The notes under the pieces were generated by a model. It was not told where the DNA came from, ran no database searches, and was given only the letters and a program-made list of their open reading frames with translations. Position numbers and translations under genes: made by a program. This document shows positions 34,838 through 42,800 of a DNA stretch of 43,901 nucleotides, in pieces. This stretch comes from Candidatus Micrarchaeota archaeon (GTDB lineage: Archaea; Micrarchaeota; Micrarchaeia; Micrarchaeales; CABMGC01), in NCBI GenBank assembly GCA_030040265.1, contig JASHUB010000069.1:1-43901 (forward strand), written 5' to 3'. The first letter of the stretch is position 1. The number at the start of each line of letters is the position of its first letter.

Positions 34838-37800
34838 TTATCCTCTCTTTGTCGCTTGCAGGTCATCATCGTTATCTTTGCCATTAGTGTCGATGCCGGT
34901 AAATCGTGGAAGGTTGATATCTTCGTCTGATGCGATGCCGTCTACGAGAAGATTGAACATCCTCTCCTGTACGCCAATTCTTCTGTACATGAAAGAATCA
35001 TAGGTGCCCTGTTCGAAGAAGGTATCATATGCCGTTGCATCCTGCGCTGTAACCTCGGCTTTTGGCACGATAGCATACCCCTGTTCCGTCTTCCTGACGT
35101 GTGTCTTTCTCATTTCCTCCAGGAATGGCGTTGGGTACCTGCAGGAAATCTTGTGGATTCGGATATCGTAATGCGTTTTCGTGTTTGGAGTATCGATCCT
35201 ATCAAGTCTGTTCAGCGCCTGATAATACTCCGTATAAGTGTTCGGTGCGTCTGCAAAGATGATCGTTTTCCCGGCGTTGAGCGTTATTCCAACACCGCCG
35301 GTGTCATAGGTGCATATCATAACCTTTCGCTCCGGCGCTTGCATGAACGTTAGTCTCTCGAAGTCTATGGCCATCATCGGGCTGCCGGTTGGATCCTCTA
35401 TGGGGTAACCATTTTTATCCATGGCGAATCCTTTTTCCTTGTCGTAGCAGAAAAGCTTCGGGTTGCCGGCTCCGTCTTTCAGGTAACCCTGATCGCTGAT
35501 GGTGCCGGTAAGAATTGCTGGTTTGTGGGTTCGGAGCAGCTGCTCATACGCTTCGGCTTCCTTAAGATACCGCACGTAGATCACAGTCTTCCTGCCGTCA
35601 CGAACATTTTCCTCCACGGCCTGAACCACGGCATTGTGCTTCGCGCTCTGTTCATCGGAACCGACGTAAGAAGGATTGTTCATCGATTGCAGCAAAGCAT
35701 GCTTCTTGATGAGTTGATTGCCCTCCCAGACCTCCCTGTCACCAGCCAGATAGTGGCCGTACTTCTCTGACCAGCCCCTCCAATTCAGGAACATATCCAA
35801 TACCGAGCGTGCCTGCGCGTCGGTCAATTCGAACTCGGTGACCGGCATGCGGGTCTTTATGGGCAGTCTGCCATGCTGCTCCGCTAGCGGTATAGCTGGG
35901 TCGTATTCGTCAAGTACCTCCTCTTTTCTAAACCTAACAACTAGTGGGTCTGCCAAGGCGAAGAGCGCCCTGTATGACGCAGGATCCGAACGGTCAAATG
36001 CTTTAGCAAAGCTGGATTCGCTCTCGAACCTCTCATCATCGGGAAGTAGGTAGTTGAACATCGCGCGGTACTTGCTGATATTTGGATACGGAGTCGCCGT
36101 GACGATTATGACGAAGTCTGGGGTGAGCCTGCCAAGCCCCTTGCTCTGGTTTGTGTCGGTATTAGTCAGCCAGTGTGCCTCGTCTACAACTAGAATTCCA
36201 TCCTGCCCCAACGCAGAATTGAGGAGCTCGAACCGTTCTTCGTCTTCCGCGTCTCTTAGGAACTCTTGATTTGTCAGCATGCTCGATCGTTCACCGCCCC
36301 TTCTCGTTCTGGAGAGCACTTCTTGCCTTATTGCAGCCTTTCGTGCATCCCTTGGCAGACCGTGGAGTAAAGTCAGCCTTTCATGGGGCAGGAACCTTGA
36401 TCTTTGCTCGTCCCATGTGCTAGCAACGCTGTTTGGAGTCACGATTAAGCCTGCCCTCTGAAGGGATTGCAGCGCGGCTAAGGTCGTAAGGGTCTTCCCT
36501 AAGCCCGCCTCCAATGATAGTATGACTCCCTTGCTCCTATCTGCACGTCGCACGGCTTTCCGGATCTTGTGTATGGCATACTTCTGGTAGAAAAGCAGCT
36601 CTTCGCCTTCTGCCAATGCCGGATAGGGTTCAGATCGGATTAGCCTAAAAGTCCCCAAAACCTGCTCCAATCCGCGTCTCACGACCTCGCTGTCTTCCCG
36701 TTTTATCAGGTCCGCCACGCTCGACTCTGCGCTCTCAAAGGAGTATACGAATCTCTTTATCAGGGTTTCTTCGAGCACGTCCACAAGCAAGTCGAATGCA
36801 CCGGCATCCGTCTTGAGCCGGGCTAGTGCATCAGAGCCCATCTGCCGCACCGCTTCGAGAAGCCTTTCGGCATCGGAAGCCTCGCTAGATTGTCTGATTG
36901 TCGAGGTTCTAACCTCACTTCTTGTCTTATCATCAGTGTTTATCGCGAATAGCCTTAGTTCATTGTGTTTGCCTAGGGTAAGCGGAATCGTTGCCTGGAA
37001 CTCGCCATTGACCACTCTGATTCGTCTGCCAAAAGGTCCAGCGATGTATACATGAGTCGCAGCATCTGCTGTGCCTTTGACCGTTAGCGTCTTCCCGCTT
37101 GTGACCACAGGGATAACCGTTTGCATAGATGGACCTTTGAGCGAAATCGAGAATTTCAGATACTCGGATTCCCTGTCGCCCCCTGTCCTATTTAGAGCGT
37201 GGAAAGAGGTTAAGACCAGCCTGTCTGACGCCCCTTCGGTTAGGTTTGGATTAGATAAAAGCAGGAATTTCTTCATTTGGATCGGGTGTTCTCCTAGCAA
37301 GGCTATGACATTTCCCAGGTTCATCTTTTCTGCAATCTCTAATTCCTTGTCCTCCCTGAGCCCCTCCAACTCACCGGAATGAATGTTTCTGAGCGCTTCT
37401 TCCCGCGTCATGCCATAAGAAGACAGTTCTAGGAAATCCCTGGCTTCTACATGAGAGGTAATACCCTTTATGCCTGAACTTTTCAGGCTTCTGGTAATTC
37501 CATAGAATGTTAGTTTGTAGGTCAAGTCGCTGTGGGTTATGGAGACCTCCCTGCGATCGCCTACGGAGAGTTCGGAAATCGATCTGTCCGGGTTGCCATC
37601 GAGGAGCTGCTGGCGTATCGCATCCCTTGCGGCGTCCACGAATTTGTCATCGGACCAGAGCGCTGGTGGGAGGAGCATCCTTGATTTGTTGCCGGAAAGG
37701 AAATCCCTGGCGTCTAGGAAAGAGGTAAGGCCTTCTACCTCGGAACATAGACATCGGAGGATATTCGTAAAGGCGGGTTTGTAGGTCACGTCATTGTAGG

Positions 37801-40168
37801 TTATGGCGACTTCTGTGTGGTCATTTGTCGAGATCTCTGAAATGGACCTGTTGGGATCGCCGCCGAGGAGCTGCTGGCGAATTGCTTCCCTTGCAGCGTC
37901 CACGAATTCGTCATTGGACCAGAGCTCTGACGGAAGAAACATCCTTGATTTATTGCCGGAAAGGAAATCCCTGGCTTCTGTGGGGGTAGTGATGCCTTCT
38001 ATGCCGGAATTTCTCAGACTTGTGATAAGTCTAACGAATGTGAGTTTGTAGGTCACGTAGTTGTGGGTTATGGAGACCTCCCTGTGATCATTTGTGGAGA
38101 GTTCGGATATTGATCTGTCCGGGTTGCCATCGAGGAGCTGCTGGCGTATCGCATCCCTTACGGCATCTACGAATTTGTCATCGGACCAGAGCGCTGATGG
38201 GAGAACCATCCTTGATTTGTTGCCGGAAAGGAAATCCCTGGCTTCTGTGGCAGTGGTGATGCCGTCTATGCCAGAACGTTTAAGGCTTTGGAGAATTCCC
38301 ATGAAGGTGGGTTTGTAGGTTATACAATTGTAAATTATTGGAACCTCCGTGTTGTCCTCTGTCGAGATCTCTGAAATGGACTTATTGGGATCTGCGCCGA
38401 GGAGCTGCTGGCGAATTGCTTCCCTTGCAGCGTCCACGAATTTGTCATTGGACCAGAGCGCTGGTGTAAGAAACCTCCTTGATTTATCACCGGAAAGGAA
38501 ATCCTTGGCTTCTGCGCGGTGTGTGATGCCAGGCATGCCTGAACTCTTTAGACTTACGAGAATGCCCGGGAAGGTGATAGTATAGGTCACGTAGTTGTGG
38601 GTTATGGAGACCTCCCTGTTATCACCTACAGAGAGTTCGGAAATCGATCTGTCCGGGTTGCCATCGAGGAGCTGCTGGCGTATCGCATCCCTTACAGCAG
38701 CTACGAATTTGTCATCGGACCAGAGCGCTGATGGAAGAACCATCCTTGATTTGTTGCCGGAAAGGAAATCCCTGGCTTCTGTGGGAGTGGTGATGCCTTC
38801 TATGCCAGAACGTTTAAGGCTCGCGAGAATTCCAACGAAGGTGAGTTTGTAGGTCACGTAGTTGTGGGTTATGGAGACCTCCCTGTTATCACCTACGGAG
38901 AGTTCGGAAATCGATCTGTCCTGGTTGCCATCGAGGAGCTGCCGGCGTATCGCATCCCTTACGGCATCTACGAATTTGTCATTGGACCAGAGCGCCGGTG
39001 GGAGAACCATCCTTGATTTGTTGCCGGAAAGGAAATCCTTGGCTTCTGTGGCAGTGGTGATGTCTGCTATGCCAGAACATATGCTTCGGAGAATTCCCTC
39101 AAAAGTGGGTTTGTAGGTCACACCGTTGTGGGGTATAGAAACGTTCCTGCAATCACCTACCGAGAGTTCGGATATTGATCTGTCTGGATTGCCATCAAGG
39201 AGCTGCTGGCGTATCGCATCTCTTGCAGCGTCCACGAATTTGTCATCGGACCAGAGCGTTGATTGGAGAACCATCCTTGATTTATTGCCGGAAAGGAAAT
39301 CCCTGGCTTCTGTGGTAGAGGTGATGCCTTTTATGCCAAACGTTACCGGGCTTTGGAGAATTCCATGAAAGGTGAGTTTGTAGGTCACGTCGTTGTAGGT
39401 TACGGGAACCTCCCTGTTATCACCTACGGAGAGTTCGGATATTGATCTGTCTGGATTGCCATCAAGGAGTTGCCGGCGTATTGCGTCCCTTACGGCATCT
39501 ACGAATTTGTCATTGGACCAGAGCGCTGGTGAGAGACGTGCCCTTGATTTATTACCTGAAAGGAAATCTCTGGCTTCTGGAGGAGAGGTGATGCCTTCTA
39601 TGCCAGAACATATGCTTCGGAGAATTCCCTTGAAGGCTAGTTTGTAGGTCACATCGTTGTGGGTTATGGCGACCTCCCTGCGATCATTTGTGGAGAGTTC
39701 GGATATTGATCTGTCTGGATTGCCATCAAGGAGCTGCTGGCGTATCGCATCCCTTACGGCATCTACGAATTTGTCATCGGACCAGAGCGCTGATGGGAGA
39801 ACCATCCTTGATTTGTTACCGGAAAGGAAGTCTCTGGCTTCTGAAAGGGAGTTGATGCCCTCTATCCCGGAATTTTTCAGACTTGCGATAAGTCCAACGA
39901 AGGTGAGTTTGTAGGTCACGTCGTTGTGGGTTATGGAGACGTCTCTACTGTCCTCGGTTGATATTTCTGAAATGGACCTGTTGGGGTCGTCGCCGAGGAG
40001 CTGCTTCCGTATGGCATCCCTAGCCGCAGTCACGAATTCATTATTAGACCACAGCACTGGTGGGAGACGTTTTGGTGACTTCGTTTTAAGAGCCGGCGGT
40101 TTCGCCTCTTGGCCTATGTTTACGCCGCTTTGTGGCTGCTTTGGCGGCGATCTAACTATGGGTGGCAC
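34838..40168 (-). CDS. Giant (1776 aa) protein: 10 tandem ~89-aa repeats, a beta-rich middle region, and a C-terminal SNF2-family ATPase
   Basis: SNF2 motifs: Q-like LFYQKYAIHKI; I LEAGLGKT (36491-36514); Ia IVTPNSVASTWDEQ; II VVDEAHW (about 36173-36184); III IIVTATPYPN; V TYDTGGVGITLN; VI QALNRLDRID (35192-35221). N-terminal repeats span aa ~35-912. No nuclease, methylase or integrase motif recognised. Confidence 0.85.
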   Translation of the reverse strand: MPPIVRSPPKQPQSGVNIGQEAKPPALKTKSPKRLPPVLWSNNEFVTAARDAIRKQLLGDDPNRSISEISTEDSRDVSITHNDVTYKLTFVGLIASLKNSGIEGINSLSEARDFLSGNKSRMVLPSALWSDDKFVDAVRDAIRQQLLDGNPDRSISELSTNDRREVAITHNDVTYKLAFKGILRSICSGIEGITSPPEARDFLSGNKSRARLSPALWSNDKFVDAVRDAIRRQLLDGNPDRSISELSVGDNREVPVTYNDVTYKLTFHGILQSPVTFGIKGITSTTEARDFLSGNKSRMVLQSTLWSDDKFVDAARDAIRQQLLDGNPDRSISELSVGDCRNVSIPHNGVTYKPTFEGILRSICSGIADITTATEAKDFLSGNKSRMVLPPALWSNDKFVDAVRDAIRRQLLDGNQDRSISELSVGDNREVSITHNYVTYKLTFVGILASLKRSGIEGITTPTEARDFLSGNKSRMVLPSALWSDDKFVAAVRDAIRQQLLDGNPDRSISELSVGDNREVSITHNYVTYTITFPGILVSLKSSGMPGITHRAEAKDFLSGDKSRRFLTPALWSNDKFVDAAREAIRQQLLGADPNKSISEISTEDNTEVPIIYNCITYKPTFMGILQSLKRSGIDGITTATEARDFLSGNKSRMVLPSALWSDDKFVDAVRDAIRQQLLDGNPDRSISELSTNDHREVSITHNYVTYKLTFVRLITSLRNSGIEGITTPTEARDFLSGNKSRMFLPSELWSNDEFVDAAREAIRQQLLGGDPNRSISEISTNDHTEVAITYNDVTYKPAFTNILRCLCSEVEGLTSFLDARDFLSGNKSRMLLPPALWSDDKFVDAARDAIRQQLLDGNPDRSISELSVGDRREVSITHSDLTYKLTFYGITRSLKSSGIKGITSHVEARDFLELSSYGMTREEALRNIHSGELEGLREDKELEIAEKMNLGNVIALLGEHPIQMKKFLLLSNPNLTEGASDRLVLTSFHALNRTGGDRESEYLKFSISLKGPSMQTVIPVVTSGKTLTVKGTADAATHVYIAGPFGRRIRVVNGEFQATIPLTLGKHNELRLFAINTDDKTRSEVRTSTIRQSSEASDAERLLEAVRQMGSDALARLKTDAGAFDLLVDVLEETLIKRFVYSFESAESSVADLIKREDSEVVRRGLEQVLGTFRLIRSEPYPALAEGEELLFYQKYAIHKIRKAVRRADRSKGVILSLEAGLGKTLTTLAALQSLQRAGLIVTPNSVASTWDEQRSRFLPHERLTLLHGLPRDARKAAIRQEVLSRTRRGGERSSMLTNQEFLRDAEDEERFELLNSALGQDGILVVDEAHWLTNTDTNQSKGLGRLTPDFVIIVTATPYPNISKYRAMFNYLLPDDERFESESSFAKAFDRSDPASYRALFALADPLVVRFRKEEVLDEYDPAIPLAEQHGRLPIKTRMPVTEFELTDAQARSVLDMFLNWRGWSEKYGHYLAGDREVWEGNQLIKKHALLQSMNNPSYVGSDEQSAKHNAVVQAVEENVRDGRKTVIYVRYLKEAEAYEQLLRTHKPAILTGTISDQGYLKDGAGNPKLFCYDKEKGFAMDKNGYPIEDPTGSPMMAIDFERLTFMQAPERKVMICTYDTGGVGITLNAGKTIIFADAPNTYTEYYQALNRLDRIDTPNTKTHYDIRIHKISCRYPTPFLEEMRKTHVRKTEQGYAIVPKAEVTAQDATAYDTFFEQGTYDSFMYRRIGVQERMFNLLVDGIASDEDINLPRFTGIDTNGKDNDDDLQATKRG
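37431..40066 (-). repeat. Coding tandem array: 10 units of 264-267 bp (88-89 aa)
   Basis: The landmark ggaccagag (complement of the LWS codons) recurs at 37652, 37916, 38183, 38450, 38717, 38984, 39248, 39515 and 39779, with a variant at 40046. Spacings are 264 or 267 nt. Adjacent units are highly similar at the nucleotide level. Confidence 0.95.
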
Positions 40169-40219
40169 TGCTTCACCAGATGTATGCTATCGTATTTGCA
40201 TAGGATGGATGGATTGTCG

Positions 40220-40227
40220 TATATAAA
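40220..40227 (-). promoter_or_regulatory. TATA-like box upstream of the giant SNF2-repeat gene
   Basis: Minus-strand tttatata lies 52-59 nt upstream of the ATG at 40168, inside the inserted segment. The gene therefore appears to carry its own promoter. Confidence 0.35.
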
Positions 40228-40273
40228 GTAGCTTGTGGAAATGTACAAAACGGCACTAACCGCGTCGCTCGCA

Positions 40274-40303
40274 GTGCCGCAGATGCACCTGGAAAGGGCC
40301 TGA
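40274..40303 (+). pseudogene. Relic duplicate of the rpl21e 3' end (last 9 codons + stop)
   Basis: gtgccgcagatgcacctggaaagggcctga here versus gtgccacagatgcacctggagcgcgcttag at 34794-34823. They are 23/30 identical, both translate to VPQMHLERA*, and all 7 differences are synonymous or stop-to-stop. The relic stop abuts the stop of the convergent gene at 40304. Confidence 0.75.
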
Positions 40304-40879
40304 CTAATTCTTCTTAGAATGCTTTTCTGCTAGTTTATCGAGCTTCGCGAACGCCGTGTCGTCGGGCTTCTGCACCTGTTCCCCCAGCTTGAAGTAGTGC
40401 CTGTTGTAACGTATCAAGGGCTTTATGCTCTCGTTCTCCGTGGCGTAGACCACGTCGCCTATGAAGCAGACATGGTCTCCCAGCTGCTTGTACTCCTTCA
40501 GCTTGCATTCCATGACCAGCGGGCTTCCGTCGACAATCCAGGCGTCTATCTTCTTCGCCTTGTGCATGGGCACGCCGAGCTCCTTGAGCATGCCTATCTT
40601 GTCGACCAGCTTTCCGCTCTCCCAGCCACCTATGCTACAGACCATGTTCTGGTCATCGGCAGCGAGGCTGATGCCGAACTCCTTCGATGCGATTATGTTC
40701 TCGGCCGTGGCGTTCCCTCCGTGCACGTTTACCTGCACTATCGATGGCGAATAGGAGACGTGGTGCGTCCATTCGCACGTCATTATGTTGTAGCCGTTCG
40801 GTCCGTTGGTGGTGATGAGCCCGAGGTTCGTCACGAACATCAGCCTTGCCTTCGTGTCATGTCCCAGATAATCCATCAT
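40304..40879 (-). CDS. Flavin reductase-like FMN-binding (split-barrel) domain protein
   Basis: LITTNGPNGYNIMTCEWTHHVSYSPSIVQVNVH fits the flavin_reduct domain pattern. 191 aa. Confidence 0.75.
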   Translation of the reverse strand: MMDYLGHDTKARLMFVTNLGLITTNGPNGYNIMTCEWTHHVSYSPSIVQVNVHGGNATAENIIASKEFGISLAADDQNMVCSIGGWESGKLVDKIGMLKELGVPMHKAKKIDAWIVDGSPLVMECKLKEYKQLGDHVCFIGDVVYATENESIKPLIRYNRHYFKLGEQVQKPDDTAFAKLDKLAEKHSKKN

Positions 40880-40880
40880 A

Positions 40881-41597
40881 TCACTTAAGCATGATCTCTA
40901 TGCGCTTCCTCCTTGTGCCTTTGTTCTCGTAGTTGCTGAGAGTTATCGTGCCCAACTCGCTCGTGTTCGCGACGTGCGTACCGCCGTCAGCCTGCGTGTC
41001 GACGCCTTCTATCTCGACCACCCTGACCCGCTTGAGGGTCTCCAGCAGCTTCCTGCCAGGTTCCGTCCGGGCAAGGCGGGTCGCCTTCGCGGCCTCCTCG
41101 ACGCTTATCTCCCTGCAGTTTATCCTGTGCCCTTCCTTGGCGACCGCATTCGTCTTGTCGAGTATCTCCTGCACCTTCTCTCTGCTCAGGTCCGGCATGT
41201 CTATGTCTATCCTTGCGCGCTCGGGATATATCTGGCCTCCGGTTATCATGCCAGAACCGTAGTAGACCTCGATGACTCCGTCGAGCGTGTGCAGCGCCGT
41301 GTGCAGCCTCATGCATGCATACCTCCGGTTCCAGTCTATCGCGCATCTTGCGGCATCGCCGGGCTTTGCGTCGACGTTTCTGTCAAGGATGTGCACTACG
41401 TCATCGCCTTCCTTCTTGAGCCCAGTGACCCTGTATTCTGCGCCGTTGACCGTTATCATGCCCGTATCATCTGGCTGTCCGCCGCCCGCTGGGTAGAATA
41501 TCGTCCGGTCGAGGACGAGCTGGTTGCTCTCTGCCCTGGTTACCGTCGCCTCGAGCTCCTTCGCATATGAATCGACGAGGTACACCTTTTCAGTCAT
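40881..41597 (-). CDS. alaX: Alanyl-tRNA editing protein AlaX (misacylated tRNA(Ala) deacylase)
   Basis: Zinc motifs MRLHTALH and ADGGTHV (the Cys of the canonical CGGTH motif is replaced by Asp). N-terminal YLVDSY..FYPAGGGQPDD. The ATG at 41597 overlaps the upstream CYTH stop (ATGA). The ORF-track start at 41717 lies inside the CYTH gene. Confidence 0.8.
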   Translation of the reverse strand: MTEKVYLVDSYAKELEATVTRAESNQLVLDRTIFYPAGGGQPDDTGMITVNGAEYRVTGLKKEGDDVVHILDRNVDAKPGDAARCAIDWNRRYACMRLHTALHTLDGVIEVYYGSGMITGGQIYPERARIDIDMPDLSREKVQEILDKTNAVAKEGHRINCREISVEEAAKATRLARTEPGRKLLETLKRVRVVEIEGVDTQADGGTHVANTSELGTITLSNYENKGTRRKRIEIMLK

Positions 41598-42175
41598 GCC
41601 TTGCCACCAAACGCATATCCGTTCTTCTTTAGAATCATGTAGGGATACCCGTAAACCTCTTCGGGCCCGCACTCCGCGCCCAGTTCCTTGAGCACCGAGT
41701 ACAGGTACTTCCTGCACTCCTTCGGGTCATCGAAGTGCTTCAGCGCCTCGACCTCGATGAACCGGCCCAGTCCCTCGACCTTGTCTATGGCTATCTCCGT
41801 GTCTTTGAACTCCCATGTGTCCCTGGACTTGTCCACGACGGCGAGCTCTCTGAAGCCGAGGTTCAGCAGGATCTTCTTGATCTGCTCTGCGCTCTCCACG
41901 TGCGTCTCGAACTCGTCGGCGTAGTCGTGCACGGCAGCGCCCTCTGGCTTGTAGTGCTTGAACGTTATCGAAGCTCCGTTCTTCGCCTCCCTGACCCTGA
42001 GCCACTCTGAAGGGTGCTTCGGGCTGAGGAAGTCCCTTGAGGGGTGGTTGAAGTAGGTGTCCCTCTGCACGATACCTTTCGCCTTCGGTTTTGACTTTGC
42101 TTCCAAGAACTCGACTACCTTTTCCTCGTTGAGGAGAGGCAACTTTATCTCTATCTCCACATCCTGGCTTGCCAA
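41594..42175 (-). CDS. CYTH-domain protein (class IV adenylate cyclase / triphosphatase family)
   Basis: N-terminal ExExK signature (VEIEIKLPL). Size (193 aa) and beta-barrel pattern (WLRVRE..., ITFK, IDKVEGLGRFIEVE) are typical of CYTH/CyaB. Confidence 0.75.
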   Translation of the reverse strand: MASQDVEIEIKLPLLNEEKVVEFLEAKSKPKAKGIVQRDTYFNHPSRDFLSPKHPSEWLRVREAKNGASITFKHYKPEGAAVHDYADEFETHVESAEQIKKILLNLGFRELAVVDKSRDTWEFKDTEIAIDKVEGLGRFIEVEALKHFDDPKECRKYLYSVLKELGAECGPEEVYGYPYMILKKNGYAFGGKA

Positions 42176-42187
42176 TAGGGCACCCCG

Positions 42188-42778
42188 TTACCTGTGCTGT
42201 TCCTCCATGTGCTTGGAGTATGGCCTTGATAATACGTAGAACCTCGACTCGCCCTTCAGCTCGACGAGGACGCGCTCCGCGAGCAGCTTGACCGGGTCCT
42301 GCAGCAGCGGCACGCGCGCCGTTATGTCTGCGAAGGACTCGAACTTCTTCTGGTCCCTAGCGTCGAGTATGGCTGTGAGGTGCTTCTTGCCAACGCTCGG
42401 CAGCAGCTCTAGCGAGTGCATCCTTATGTTGAGCGGGCCTGCGTTGTTGAACAGCTCCACGAACTTCGCCTCGTTCTTCTTGATTATCTCAGATATGACG
42501 TTGACTATCTCCTTCTTAGCGCCCTCCGTGAGCTCCTCGTACTTTATCCTTGACTTGATCAGCGATATCTTGTCGCGCTCGCCCTTGCCTATGTAGACGC
42601 GCTCGCCGACCTTCAGGGCAGGACCCTTCGGTATCGCCTCAAGGAGCGTGAACTTGTTCTCCCCCATGAGCTGCACCAGCGGCTCTGACTTCGCGGAGAA
42701 GGATCTTCCGGTAGGGAGATAGTCTAGGACTACAGCGTATTCCTCCAAATCCCCTCCTTTATGCTGCTCCATCTCCAT
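42188..42778 (-). CDS. DUF655 / COG1491 predicted nucleic-acid-binding protein
   Basis: EEYAVVLDYLPTGR, the OB-like N-terminus, and the C-terminal helix-hairpin-helix region (LELLPSVGKKHLTAILDAR) fit the family that follows rpoF in archaeal genomes. Confidence 0.75.
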   Translation of the reverse strand: MEMEQHKGGDLEEYAVVLDYLPTGRSFSAKSEPLVQLMGENKFTLLEAIPKGPALKVGERVYIGKGERDKISLIKSRIKYEELTEGAKKEIVNVISEIIKKNEAKFVELFNNAGPLNIRMHSLELLPSVGKKHLTAILDARDQKKFESFADITARVPLLQDPVKLLAERVLVELKGESRFYVLSRPYSKHMEEQHR

Positions 42779-42800
42779 AAAAACACCAAAACAGTCGGAC

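Larger units (their letters stand above)
34824..40273. other. Putative ~5.45-kb single-gene insertion bounded by duplicated rpl21e 3' ends
   Basis: The 30-nt copies at 34794-34823 and 40274-40303 both encode VPQMHLERA*. The interval holds only the 1776-aa gene and its upstream region. Hand-counted GC of sampled 60-nt lines is lower inside (about 47-57%) than in flanking housekeeping genes (about 55-68%). Confidence 0.6.

Noticed and set aside
37507-40226. A ladder of plus-strand ORFs (60-100 aa), one roughly every 265 nt, with near-identical products (…SEIDLSGLPSRSCWRIASL…). It could be mistaken for a gene family or a CRISPR-like array.
   Set aside because: They are antisense shadows of the tandem coding repeats of the 1776-aa minus-strand gene. 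The period (264-267 nt) is a multiple of 3. The units are contiguous with no unique spacers. The minus-strand frame is continuous and carries clear SNF2 motifs downstream.
34824-40273. Search for an integrase, transposase, terminal inverted repeats or tRNA target that would make the insertion a classical integrative element or IS.
   Set aside because: None found. The interval is filled by one gene, with only 14 nt of non-coding sequence between the rpl21e stop and the giant gene's stop, and about 105 nt on its promoter side. I therefore call it only a putative insertion, not an annotated mobile element.
40241-40303. A 20-codon ORF (MYKTALTASLAVPQMHLERA*) that could be called a micro-gene.
   Set aside because: Only its last 9 codons match rpl21e. 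It has no promoter or context of its own and is best explained as a relic of the rpl21e terminus.
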